Origin: an uncultured Clostridia bacterium
GTDB taxonomy: Bacteria > Bacillota > Clostridia > Christensenellales > UBA1242
Length of the DNA stretch: 64,000 nucleotides
Direction: 5' to 3'
Assembly: GCA_934772525.1 (NCBI GenBank)
Contig: CAKVMI010000001.1
Span: 182,613 to 246,612, forward strand
The number at the start of each line of letters is the position of its first letter. Positions within the stretch are counted from its first letter, which is position 1. The translations under genes were made by a program, and so were the position numbers. Under the pieces are notes generated by a model. The model saw nothing but the letters and a program-made list of their open reading frames with translations, was not told the origin of the DNA and did not search any database. Below are positions 1 through 9,129 of the stretch, in pieces.

Positions 1-44
1 ACGATACTTTAACAAGTTTAGAGGAAAAGGGAGGAATTAAGTAA
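1..44 (+). CDS. 3' end of an upstream phage ORF (partial, continues left of window)
   Basis: Frame 3..41 is open and ends at TAA 42-44, which overlaps the next ATG (TAATG coupling). Confidence 0.3.
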   Translation, partial: DTLTSLEEKGGIK

Positions 45-277
45 TGTATTTTAATAGTTTTGAATTAGAAATGATATTAGCTGGTCTAAGAAAAGAAAGA
101 GAAAGAGCAACACAAGATTATGTTGAGTCATTAAAACAAACAATAAATAAAACTCATTATGACACAGACAAAGTCTGTATAGGAGTTGCAGATTCTCTTC
201 AATTTTTACAAAGGTTTAATAATTTGATAATCAAATGTGAAGACGAATTAAGAAAGGAGATAAAATCAAATGGCTAA
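44..277 (+). CDS. hypothetical phage protein (77 aa)
   Basis: ATG preceded by AAGGGAGGA. Co-oriented in the phage operon. No family recognised. Confidence 0.5.
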   Translation: MYFNSFELEMILAGLRKERERATQDYVESLKQTINKTHYDTDKVCIGVADSLQFLQRFNNLIIKCEDELRKEIKSNG

Positions 278-623
278 AAAAAGAAAAGTTAGTATACTAG
301 ATTATGTTACAGAAGAAATGTCAAACAAGATTGACGACATAGGATATGAGTTTTTAAAGAGCCTAGGTTATGATACCGAGGGAGATAGAACTACATATTC
401 ATTCACAAACAAAATCAAAAGACAATTAAAAGAACACAAACACGCACTACTCTATCAAGGTGCGTACAACGACAAAGGCGAAATGCTTGTATATTTTCAA
501 ATAGCAGAGTTAGGAACAGAGAAATTAAAGAATCCAAAAATATTGTTTACTAGCCAAGGCATTAAGTTTGTTCCTAAACGCAAAGACGGAGGTGCTAATG
601 GAGAAAACCCTCAATCAGATTAG
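270..623 (+). CDS. hypothetical phage protein (117 aa)
   Basis: Start overlaps the end of the previous gene. Basic N-terminus. No family recognised. Confidence 0.5.
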   Translation: MAKKRKVSILDYVTEEMSNKIDDIGYEFLKSLGYDTEGDRTTYSFTNKIKRQLKEHKHALLYQGAYNDKGEMLVYFQIAELGTEKLKNPKILFTSQGIKFVPKRKDGGANGENPQSD

Positions 624-1005
624 ACAAGACCTCCGCCTCTTAAAGAAAATACAACATAGTATTCAAGTTTTTTTAGATGTGGAGAGTATTCATAAAAAAA
701 GATTGGAGGTTTTGCTTTCAAAGCAGCAAACAGACAGTGTCAAAGCTGACATTACAAAAATACAAGATATTATATCAAAGCTGGATATTGAGAATTATAT
801 AAAGCGAGCTACTGAGATAGAATCTAGGTATTGGGAAGCAATCAATAGCCTGTCACCACTAGACAAAACTATTATTTTAGACGGATATATCAATGGAACT
901 CCGTACTGGAAACTAGGAAACAAGCTCAATTATTCAGAGGACGCAATCAAAAAGCGTATTCCTAAAATCATAGAGAATATAGCCGAGGCTATCAGAGAGA
1001 AATAA
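598..1005 (+). CDS. putative late-gene transcriptional regulator (sigma region-4 / ArpU-RinA-like HTH)
   Basis: GGAGG lies 6 nt upstream of ATG 598; the track start at 568 has no RBS. The C-terminal LSPLDKTIILDGYINGTPYWKLGNKLNYSEDAIKKRI looks like a region-4 HTH. It sits just upstream of the terminase genes and is followed by a terminator. Confidence 0.4.
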   Translation: MEKTLNQIRQDLRLLKKIQHSIQVFLDVESIHKKRLEVLLSKQQTDSVKADITKIQDIISKLDIENYIKRATEIESRYWEAINSLSPLDKTIILDGYINGTPYWKLGNKLNYSEDAIKKRIPKIIENIAEAIREK

Positions 1006-1010
1006 ATAAA

Positions 1011-1054
1011 AAAGTGCTTAGAGTGTTAAGTTTACACTTTCGGCACTTTTTTTT
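1011..1054 (+). terminator. rho-independent terminator
   Basis: Hairpin GTGC-TTAG-AGTG / CACT-TTCG-GCAC followed by T8. Confidence 0.65.
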
Positions 1055-1094
1055 GTTATAGAGTGTATATGTAAAAAACTAATTGGAGGTAGTT

Positions 1095-1325
1095 ATGGAC
1101 GAACTAAACGGAGAAAAGCTACTTGATTTAACAATCGAGAGGAACTTTACTTACCATAGGCCAACAGAAGATATGCAACCAAAGTTTGTTGCTATCAGAG
1201 ATAAGGCAAAAGAATTAGCTTATTTAATAGCAGATTTAGTACCAAACGGCAGAGAAAAGTCTTTGGCTAATACAAAGCTTGAAGAGGTTGCTATGTGGGC
1301 TAACGCTGGAATATCACGCAATTAG
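1095..1325 (+). CDS. hypothetical phage protein (76 aa)
   Basis: GGAGG then ATG at 1095. The track start at 1083 is a TTG inside the RBS. Confidence 0.5.
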   Translation: MDELNGEKLLDLTIERNFTYHRPTEDMQPKFVAIRDKAKELAYLIADLVPNGREKSLANTKLEEVAMWANAGISRN

Positions 1326-1367
1326 TTATCAATATTCGCACGAATAGCGGAAAAATCGGAGGAATTT

Positions 1368-1895
1368 ATGCAAGGGAAAGGATTTGGAGACAATGTAAAA
1401 GAAATGGTCTTAGCAGAGCTAGCAAGCGGAACAAGCGTTTCTGACTTAGCTAGAAAATACAAAATAGCAAAGAGTACGATAAGTGGTTGGAAGAAAGAAC
1501 TACATAAGCTCGGAAACGAACAAAAGCTGAACGAGTTTGAACAACTACGAACAGAAAAGAAACAAGAATTCATTAAAGGAGCTTGGGAGAATATCGAAAT
1601 GGGTAATCAACTCATTCAAAGAAGATTCAAGCGAGCTTTGGAACATGAAGACAAGATTGACGACTTGCTACAAGAAATAATGTCTCTGCCTAACATAGAC
1701 CTCTCCACAGGCCAAAAGAAAGCTCTTGCAAAGAAACTGAGTGCAATCAAGGTTGAAGATGTAAGCAAAATAACAACAGCCATAGGTACTCTATACGACA
1801 AACAAGCTGTGGCCAACAATGAAAACACAGCCAAGACAGAGCATGTGGTAACAATAGAAGACTTTGTAAAGGATATTCAAGGTGCAAAGTATTAA
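1368..1895 (+). CDS. terminase small subunit (HTH-containing)
   Basis: GGAGG RBS. N-terminal HTH GTSVSDLARKYKIAKSTISGWKK. The stop overlaps the GTG start of the large terminase. Confidence 0.6.
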   Translation: MQGKGFGDNVKEMVLAELASGTSVSDLARKYKIAKSTISGWKKELHKLGNEQKLNEFEQLRTEKKQEFIKGAWENIEMGNQLIQRRFKRALEHEDKIDDLLQEIMSLPNIDLSTGQKKALAKKLSAIKVEDVSKITTAIGTLYDKQAVANNENTAKTEHVVTIEDFVKDIQGAKY

Positions 1896-3594
1896 CACAA
1901 AAGCTTATATCGAAAAGTATTTGAAGATTAAGAACAAAGACGCTCAGATTATTCCGTTGATATTAAATAAGCCACAACAAAAGCTATACGACACTATCAA
2001 GCGTCAATACGAGCTAGGAAGACCGATAAGAATAATTATCTTAAAGGCAAGACAAATGGGATTCTCTACTATAACAGAGGGAATCTTGTTCAAGGAGACG
2101 GCGACAGAGCCAAATATTAAGACCGGTATAGTAACTCACGAAGAAACCGCCACCAAGAACTTATTTAATATGACTAAGATGTTTTATGCTAATCTACCGG
2201 CAGCATTAAAACCACAAACAATAGCCAGCAACGCCCAAGAACTTATTTTTAACAACAAAGATAGGACTGGGCTTAATTCAAATATAAAATGTATGACAGC
2301 TGGGAACGGCAACATAGGTCGTTCGGACACATTCCAAAAATTACATATTTCAGAGTATGCGTTTTGGCCGGGAAATAAAGTAGAAACTCTAACTGGTTTA
2401 CTACAAGCCGTACCAAATACGCCGGAAAGTATCGTAATTATAGAGTCAACAGCTAATGGCTATGAAGACTTTAAGCAGCTATGGGACGACGCAGTTGAGG
2501 GAAAGAGTGATTATACTCCGGTATTCTGTGCATGGCACGAGCTGGAAGAATACAGAATGGACGCTAGTGATTTAGGCGAACTTACACAAGAAGAAATCGA
2601 GTTGAAAGAATTATATCACTTAGACAACGAGCAAATAGCTTGGCGTCGTTGGTGTATAAGAAACAACTGCCGAGGCGACTTGAATAAGTTTAACCAAGAA
2701 TATCCTAGTTGTCCGGAAGAGGCGTTTATTTCAAGCGGAGCGTGTGTATTCAATAAGAAAGACATAGTTAACCGAATTGAGCAAATACGCCAGTTGCAAC
2801 CGCTAAAACAAGGCTCATTTAAGTATAAGAAAACATACGAGCCAGTACGAGACGCAGACGGAAATGTTGTAAGAACTAGAAAGGTTATTTCTGACATTGA
2901 ATTCGTAGAAGAAGAAAACGGAATTATTAGAATTTATGAAGAGCCACAAGTCAAGAAAGACAAGGAAGATGTTATTACAGCGTTATGTCCGTATACAATC
3001 GGTGGCGATACAGCCGAAGAGGGCGAGGACTACTATACAGCTAAGGTTATCAATAACTTAACAGACGAGTCAGTTGCAACGCTACAAGTACAATTTATCG
3101 ACGAGGACTTATACGCAGACCAAATATATTGTTTAGGAATTTATTACAACACAGCTTTGATTGGTATAGAAATCAATTACAGCAGAAAGCCTATGCGAGA
3201 GCTTGAAGACTTAAATTATCCAAGCTTGTATATGCGTGAGCGTGTAGACACAATGACACGAGAGATAGTAAAGGCTTATGGATTCAGAACTGACCCAGCT
3301 ACAAGACCAGTAATTATAGCTGAGCTAGTAGAAACAATGAGAGACGATATAACTCGTGAGACGGATATTCAAACATTAAGAGAAATGCTTACATTTGTGC
3401 GTAAGACTAATGGCAGAAAAGAGGCACAAGACGGATTCCATGACGACTTAGTAATGGCGTCTGCAATAGCTCATTTTATAGCTAAGAGTCAAGGCGAACA
3501 CATGTGGATAGCTGTTAAACATGAAGAGTTTGACTTTATTAAAGAAAACTTTTCAAAACCACAACAACAATCTAATTCCTATATGGAATGGTAA
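1882..3594 (+). CDS. terL: terminase large subunit
   Basis: 570 aa. N-terminal P-loop-like IIILKARQMGFST. Acidic nuclease-half motifs (GGDTAEEG, FHDDLVMA). Canonical position between small terminase and portal. Confidence 0.85.
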   Translation: MQSINTKAYIEKYLKIKNKDAQIIPLILNKPQQKLYDTIKRQYELGRPIRIIILKARQMGFSTITEGILFKETATEPNIKTGIVTHEETATKNLFNMTKMFYANLPAALKPQTIASNAQELIFNNKDRTGLNSNIKCMTAGNGNIGRSDTFQKLHISEYAFWPGNKVETLTGLLQAVPNTPESIVIIESTANGYEDFKQLWDDAVEGKSDYTPVFCAWHELEEYRMDASDLGELTQEEIELKELYHLDNEQIAWRRWCIRNNCRGDLNKFNQEYPSCPEEAFISSGACVFNKKDIVNRIEQIRQLQPLKQGSFKYKKTYEPVRDADGNVVRTRKVISDIEFVEEENGIIRIYEEPQVKKDKEDVITALCPYTIGGDTAEEGEDYYTAKVINNLTDESVATLQVQFIDEDLYADQIYCLGIYYNTALIGIEINYSRKPMRELEDLNYPSLYMRERVDTMTREIVKAYGFRTDPATRPVIIAELVETMRDDITRETDIQTLREMLTFVRKTNGRKEAQDGFHDDLVMASAIAHFIAKSQGEHMWIAVKHEEFDFIKENFSKPQQQSNSYMEW

Positions 3595-3605
3595 AGGAGA
3601 AATTT

Positions 3606-3869
3606 ATGGTCGTTATTATTAGCAAGAAGAAATACAACGCAATAATGTCTGAGCTTGGCAGTCTTAAAAAAGCTTTTAAGCAACACACAGAACAAGAGAA
3701 AGCTAATTTTAGCAAGGTAAATAAAAAGCTTGCTGAGGTAGACGAAAAAGCCAGCAAGAGATATGTCAGCGATAATTTCTCCAAAGAAAAAGATAAACCA
3801 AAGAGCTGGAATGAGCTTATGGACGAATACTTGAATGGCGAAAACAAAGACGATAAGGGAGGCAACTAA
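3606..3869 (+). CDS. hypothetical coiled-coil phage protein (87 aa)
   Basis: AAGGAG RBS before ATG 3606. K/E-rich helical sequence. Confidence 0.4.
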   Translation: MVVIISKKKYNAIMSELGSLKKAFKQHTEQEKANFSKVNKKLAEVDEKASKRYVSDNFSKEKDKPKSWNELMDEYLNGENKDDKGGN

Positions 3870-5950
3870 TGGCAGAAGAGAAACAATTAAATAAAGCTCA
3901 GACACCGGAAGAAAGAGCCTCTGAGTTGTGGAAGATGTATGAGGACGGCAAAGAGTATCAAAGTCAAGTTGGATTGACAAAAAATGTCAAGACATTTGTC
4001 GATTTCTTTGAGGGAAGACAATGGCCAGCCCCAACAAAAGATACGAAGAATTTGCCTAGACCGGTATTTAACATAATTAAGTTTATTTGTCGTAACAAAA
4101 AGAGTGCTATTCTCTCTACTCCGGTTAAGCTTGTGTATCGTGCAGAAGATGAGCTTAAACAAAACGCAGAGAAATTCACTAACTTTGCAGACTATATCCA
4201 AAAGGAATATGGTCAAGAACAATTAGACTCTATTGCGTTGAATGACGGCGTTAAGAAAGGTACATACATCTATCACTACTATTGGGATTCTGAGAGAAAA
4301 GGAAAGCAAGGCGTACAAGACGGCGGAATGGGCTGCGATATTATTGATTTGCTTGACTTTGTACCGGCTAATCCACAAGAAAAAGACGAACAAAAGCAAG
4401 AATGGATTATTATTGCTAGTCGTGAAAATGTAGATAGCGTCAAGTCTAAGGCAGACGAAAATATAGATAAAGACTTGATTGTAGAAGACGAGTGCGAAAG
4501 CAAATACGGAGAGGTTGAGAAGAAAGGCTCAAAACTCTGTACGGTCTTGACAAGGTATTTCAGAAAGGACGGCGAGGTTTACTTTGAGAAATCTGTAAAA
4601 GCAACGCTAGTAAATGCCGCCACCGCTCTAACACCGGACTTACAATCAGCTATGAAAGAGGTTGGACTTGAAGAAGACGAGCCTAACAACAATCTACCGG
4701 ACGAAAACGGATTCACTAATCCTAATTACACAGCGAAAGCTAATTTATATCCGATAGTTGTTGGCCAGTACGAAGAGAGAGAAAAGTCTATTTATGGTAT
4801 TGGCGAAATTGAGGGACTAATCCCTAACCAAAAATCAATCAACTTTACAACAGCTATGCACTTAATGAATATTGAGGACTTAGCTTGGGGTAAATGGGTT
4901 GTTGCAGAAGACGCCTTAGAGGGACAAACAATCACTAATGAGCCGGGACAAGTTTTAGTTAACCATAGTAAAACTGGTGGCATTCAGAGAGTTGAGGGAC
5001 ATCAGATTCCTAATTCTCCACTTAATGCCGTTGAGTTTATAGCTAGCTTAACAAGAACTATGGCCGGAGCTAATGAGGTCATGAGTGGCGAGGTTATATC
5101 TGCAAATATGAGTGGTGCAGCTATTGCACAACTACAAAGCCAAGCACAACAGCCTATCGAAGAGCTAAAAGATTCATTTTGGCGTGTTAAAGAAAAGATT
5201 GGTAAAGTGCTAGCACAATTCTTTAAGCTTTTCTACCAAGGTAAAGAATTCTCTTATTCAGAGACTAAAATGGTCGAGAAACAAGGGAAAATGGTAGAAG
5301 AAGAACAAGTATTGAAAGATACATTCAATGGTAGCGAGTTCCAAAATCAAGAATTTAGTGTTGTTGTAGAGACAACAGCCGGAACAAAAGCAAGTGCTGC
5401 TGGCGATATAAATGCTCTTGATACTCTACTTATCAAAGGCTTTATCACACCAAAAGCTTACTTGAAAGCTTATCCAAAGAACGCATTATCTAACAAAACA
5501 GAGCTTATAAAGGCGTTAGAAGAGGAAGAAAACTCACAAATCAATCAACTAAACGCTCAAATCCAAGAAATGACAGCTCAATCACAACAATTAGCTCAGC
5601 AATTACAAGAGTCAATCAACACAATACATCAACAAAAAGATATTGTAGACAAGGTTGTATCTGTAATAGCTGAGAATAACAAGCTTAAATCTCAGATAGC
5701 CATGCTTTATGCAGAGGGCAAATCAAAGATTGACGAGGCAAATCAAGCTATTGCAACGACAAATCAAGACGCCCAAGACATAACGCAAATGCTTATAAAC
5801 ACTATTAGCTCATTAACTGGCGTACCAGCAGAGCAAGTAGTACAAGGAATTTTGCAAGGAGGAACACAAAATGGTATGTCCCAAGTGCAAAACGGCTATG
5901 TCAGTCAAGGTAGCCAACCAAAAGCACAGAATCCTAACTTGCCGCAATAA
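3869..5950 (+). CDS. portal protein
   Basis: 693 aa, immediately after the terminase. GGGAGG RBS. Long C-terminal Q-rich coiled coil (QINQLNAQIQEMTAQSQQLAQQLQ), reminiscent of podovirus portal barrels. Confidence 0.75.
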   Translation: MAEEKQLNKAQTPEERASELWKMYEDGKEYQSQVGLTKNVKTFVDFFEGRQWPAPTKDTKNLPRPVFNIIKFICRNKKSAILSTPVKLVYRAEDELKQNAEKFTNFADYIQKEYGQEQLDSIALNDGVKKGTYIYHYYWDSERKGKQGVQDGGMGCDIIDLLDFVPANPQEKDEQKQEWIIIASRENVDSVKSKADENIDKDLIVEDECESKYGEVEKKGSKLCTVLTRYFRKDGEVYFEKSVKATLVNAATALTPDLQSAMKEVGLEEDEPNNNLPDENGFTNPNYTAKANLYPIVVGQYEEREKSIYGIGEIEGLIPNQKSINFTTAMHLMNIEDLAWGKWVVAEDALEGQTITNEPGQVLVNHSKTGGIQRVEGHQIPNSPLNAVEFIASLTRTMAGANEVMSGEVISANMSGAAIAQLQSQAQQPIEELKDSFWRVKEKIGKVLAQFFKLFYQGKEFSYSETKMVEKQGKMVEEEQVLKDTFNGSEFQNQEFSVVVETTAGTKASAAGDINALDTLLIKGFITPKAYLKAYPKNALSNKTELIKALEEEENSQINQLNAQIQEMTAQSQQLAQQLQESINTIHQQKDIVDKVVSVIAENNKLKSQIAMLYAEGKSKIDEANQAIATTNQDAQDITQMLINTISSLTGVPAEQVVQGILQGGTQNGMSQVQNGYVSQGSQPKAQNPNLPQ

Positions 5951-6061
5951 GAATTGTAGCAATCATGGGAAAGATGTTGAGGTTATCAAAAATCAATAAT
6001 TATCTGAGAAATCAGTAATTATATATCGCAGAAACAGCGGAAAAATTCAAGGAGGACTATT

Positions 6062-6886
6062 ATGTCAGAAGAAATTAAAACAGAGCAAACAAATGTCGAA
6101 GAAAAAGACAATGTGCAAGCAAACTCTGGGCTTGAACAAACAACAGAGGAAAGTAACGATTTTGAATTTACAGACACTCACACAGAGAAAGAAAACAAAG
6201 ACGAAGAGTCTAAGTCTACCGAATCAAACAAAGCGTCTAAACCAGTTCAAACAAAGGAACAGAACTCTGAGTTCGCTCGAATTAGAAGAGAGCAAGAACG
6301 CCAAAGAGAATTATCAGAGGCAAGGAACAAAGCCATAATCGAGGCTCTTGACGGCAAGAATCCATACACTAATGAGCCAATGACAGACTCAGTAGATGTG
6401 GAAGAATATCTTGCTATGAAAGAGATAGAGAAGAAAGGCGGAGACCCAATCGCTGACTATTCAAAAGTACAAAAGCAAAAGCAAAAAGACGAAATGGCCA
6501 AGAATGAGCAAGCTAGGTCGCAAGAGGAATGGATTAAAAAGGACTCAGAAGACTTTAAATCCAAACACCCGGAGGTTGACTTAGGCGAACTTATCAACAA
6601 TGAGGTATTTCAGAAATTTGCTGAGGGCAAAGTTGGAACTACTCCAATGGCCAAAATCTATGAGAACTTTGTAGATTTTACTAAGGCTTATGAAAAGAAA
6701 GCAAAATTACAAGCAGCACAAATGGTCGCAAACAAAAAAGCGTCTCCGGGAACTTTAACAAGTCCGGGACAATCTGAAAGCGGATTCTATTCAATAGAAG
6801 ATGTTAAGAAGATGTCTGCTGAGGAAATGCGAAAGAATTGGGACAAAGTGCAAGCAAGTAGAGCCAAATGGAATAAGAAAAATTAA
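6062..6886 (+). CDS. scaffolding protein (putative)
   Basis: 274 aa, highly charged (E/K/Q) and helical. Lies between the portal and capsid genes. AAGGAGG RBS. Confidence 0.55.
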   Translation: MSEEIKTEQTNVEEKDNVQANSGLEQTTEESNDFEFTDTHTEKENKDEESKSTESNKASKPVQTKEQNSEFARIRREQERQRELSEARNKAIIEALDGKNPYTNEPMTDSVDVEEYLAMKEIEKKGGDPIADYSKVQKQKQKDEMAKNEQARSQEEWIKKDSEDFKSKHPEVDLGELINNEVFQKFAEGKVGTTPMAKIYENFVDFTKAYEKKAKLQAAQMVANKKASPGTLTSPGQSESGFYSIEDVKKMSAEEMRKNWDKVQASRAKWNKKN

Positions 6887-6903
6887 AATAGGAGGAAAGA
6901 ACA

Positions 6904-7770
6904 ATGGCTTATACAAACTTTATACCTACAATGTGGGCTGTCGGTATCGAAAAAGCCCTTGAAAAGTTATATGTATTCGCTGACGATTGTAACCGCAAAT
7001 ACGAGGGTGCTGTGTCTAAACAAGGCGAATCAGTAAAGATTCTTGGTGTAGGTAGACCAACAATTACAAGAATCTCAAAAGAAAATAGAAATAAGGACAT
7101 CAATGATGTTGAAGAGGTAGAAGACACCTCAGTTATCATGTACATCAACCAAATTGCTTACTTTAACTTTATGGTTGGCGACATTGATAAAGCACAAGCA
7201 AGTGAAGACGGACTTATGAACGCTCTTCAAGGCGAAACAAGTGAGGGATTAGCTGACGAGGCAGATAAATATATCGCTGAATTAGTTAACGATAAAAGTG
7301 TTAAGAAAGTGTTTACTAATGACACAAAAGTTGTTAGAGGCGAAACATCTTCAAGTGGCACAAACATCTTAGAGGCTATTGACGCAGCTATTCAAAAACT
7401 TTATGAAAATAATGTTAAACCAACAGCTAAAATCGTTATTGATATGTCTCCAAGATTCTACACAATCTTCAAACAAGCGTACATCACAAAAGACACAGAC
7501 AACAGCGAAATCATGGCAAATGGTAGAGTTGGCAAATACGGCAACGCAATCGTTAAAGTATCTAACAATGTAACCAAGAGTGGAGACGGAGCGTCTGACT
7601 ATATCATGGTTAGAACACCAAGAGCTATTGCTTACGCTAACCCAATGACTCATGTTGAGCCATATCGTCCAGAAAAGAAATTTGCGGACGCTGTGAAAGG
7701 TTATATGTTGTTTGACGCAAAAGTTGTTAGACCAAAAGAAATCGTTAACCTTAATGTAAAATACGCCTAA
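6904..7770 (+). CDS. major capsid protein (putative, HK97-fold size class)
   Basis: 288 aa. AGGAGG RBS. Position directly after the scaffold gene. Family not recognisable by eye. Confidence 0.6.
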   Translation: MAYTNFIPTMWAVGIEKALEKLYVFADDCNRKYEGAVSKQGESVKILGVGRPTITRISKENRNKDINDVEEVEDTSVIMYINQIAYFNFMVGDIDKAQASEDGLMNALQGETSEGLADEADKYIAELVNDKSVKKVFTNDTKVVRGETSSSGTNILEAIDAAIQKLYENNVKPTAKIVIDMSPRFYTIFKQAYITKDTDNSEIMANGRVGKYGNAIVKVSNNVTKSGDGASDYIMVRTPRAIAYANPMTHVEPYRPEKKFADAVKGYMLFDAKVVRPKEIVNLNVKYA

Positions 7771-7799
7771 GGCAAAATAAAATAGGAGGAAAATAACAC

Positions 7800-8168
7800 A
7801 TGGCAAGAGTTCAATTATCTGTTAAAGAACTAACAGAAAGAAATAAATTTTTAGATTGTGGCACAATTGCTGCTATGGCAACAGCTATTGACGCAACAGA
7901 CGGAGCAGAATTTGTTATGAAAGAAAGAGACGACAAGTATCTTATCGTAGTAACTAACGCTGCAAGTGCGGCTAAGTCCGTAACACTTAAAGCTGGCGAC
8001 GGATTCCAAGCTGGCGAAGACCTAGTACATTCTGTACCAGCTAGCTCATTTAGCATTATCTCTATTGATAGTGGTCGTTATAAAAAACTTAGCGGAGAAG
8101 ACAAAGGTAAAGTTCTTATCGTTGGCGAATCTGCTGACATCAAAGTAGCTGTATTCAGACTACCTTAG
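7800..8168 (+). CDS. hypothetical head-associated protein (122 aa)
   Basis: AGGAGG RBS. Follows the capsid gene and is followed by a strong terminator. Confidence 0.4.
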   Translation: MARVQLSVKELTERNKFLDCGTIAAMATAIDATDGAEFVMKERDDKYLIVVTNAASAAKSVTLKAGDGFQAGEDLVHSVPASSFSIISIDSGRYKKLSGEDKGKVLIVGESADIKVAVFRLP

Positions 8169-8174
8169 TAAAAC

Positions 8175-8204
8175 AAAAGCGTAGTGTAGTCGCTACGCTT
8201 TTTA
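8175..8204 (+). terminator. rho-independent terminator
   Basis: Stem AGCGTAG (8178-8184) / CTACGCT (8193-8199), then a T-run. Confidence 0.75.
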
Positions 8205-8205
8205 T

Positions 8206-8293
8206 GGATAGATAGCTTAATTGGAAAAAGCTTTTCGCTAGCACCCTAACAAAGAGTTGTTGATTGCAAGTTCGAGTCTTGCTCTATCCACCA
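8206..8293 (+). tRNA. tRNA-like gene, long-variable-arm type, isotype unresolved (non-canonical anticodon stem)
   Basis: Acceptor GGATAGA/TCTATCC. D arm GCTT-AATTGGAAA-AAGC. T arm GCAAG-TTCGAGT-CTTGC. Encoded ACCA. Extra-arm hairpin AACAA-AGAG-TTGTT. Canonical numbering gives loop CTAGCAC (anticodon AGC), but the stem TTTCG/CCTAA has two central mismatches. Confidence 0.55.
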
Positions 8294-8392
8294 AACCCCA
8301 ATGGAGATTTAATAAAAAAAGGGTTTTATTTAATGAGTATATGTAGTTTTTGTGTTTGAGGGCTGTACTAAATAAGCCAAATAACACTTTAT

Positions 8393-8468
8393 GGGGCTGT
8401 TTCTTAATGGTAGAGAACTTGTAGGAACAACAAGAAAGTTGTGCGTTCGAGTCGCACCAGTCCCGCCA
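8393..8468 (+). tRNA. tRNA-like gene, 76 nt, GAA at anticodon positions but G33 instead of U33
   Basis: Acceptor GGGGCTG/CAGTCCC. D arm TCTT-AATGGTA-GAGA. Anticodon stem CTTGT/ACAAG with loop AGGAACA. T arm GTGCG-TTCGAGT-CGCAC. Encoded GCCA. Confidence 0.6.
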
Positions 8469-8491
8469 TTTTGAAATTAAAAGGAGACATT

Positions 8492-9127
8492 ATGAAACTA
8501 GGCGAAATTAAAGTTGCAACATTAAAGCTTTTATTTGTTGGATATGAAAACGACATCAATGTCGGAGACTTAGACGAATTATCGTTAGACGAAAACTATA
8601 AGTCTTATTTGTTTGGAATGAATGACTCAATTAACAGAGCTTTTTCAAGCATAGAAGAAAAAGGCGTTTTGCCTAGCAAGTCTTACACAATAAACAAAGC
8701 AGACGGCGAGGTGGACGGACAATTTATTAGGTTTGATTTAAAGAAACTTATAAAAGATTATTTTAGCATGGATAGAGTTATATATCAGAATTCAAATGGC
8801 GATTATAAAGGCCACTACGAATATCAACTTGAAGAAGATGTATTAGTGCTAAGAGATTTTAAAGAATCAGACGAAAGCTTGCGTGTTCTATATAAGCCAA
8901 CGCTTGAAAGAATAAACGACGATACAGATAATGACTTGGAGTTAGATATTCCTAACAGCATAGCTAGTCAAATCCCTCTATTTGTCAAAGGCGATATTTA
9001 TCGTGAAGACGAGCCAAACGAGGCAAGTGAGGCTAGAAACTGGTTTGAATCTGCTATGAGTGAACTACACAAGAACAAAACAACAAATATTGGTAGAGTT
9101 AAAAAGATATTTTCACAAACGGAGTAG
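8492..9127 (+). CDS. hypothetical virion protein (211 aa)
   Basis: AAGGAG RBS then ATG 8492. The track start at 8441 lies inside the tRNA-like gene. Confidence 0.55.
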   Translation: MKLGEIKVATLKLLFVGYENDINVGDLDELSLDENYKSYLFGMNDSINRAFSSIEEKGVLPSKSYTINKADGEVDGQFIRFDLKKLIKDYFSMDRVIYQNSNGDYKGHYEYQLEEDVLVLRDFKESDESLRVLYKPTLERINDDTDNDLELDIPNSIASQIPLFVKGDIYREDEPNEASEARNWFESAMSELHKNKTTNIGRVKKIFSQTE

Positions 9128-9129
9128 AT

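Noticed and set aside
8441-8491. Track start (8441) of the ORF 8441..9127.
   Set aside because: The first 17 codons lie inside the tRNA-like gene (8393-8468). A canonical AAGGAG-ATG start exists at 8492.
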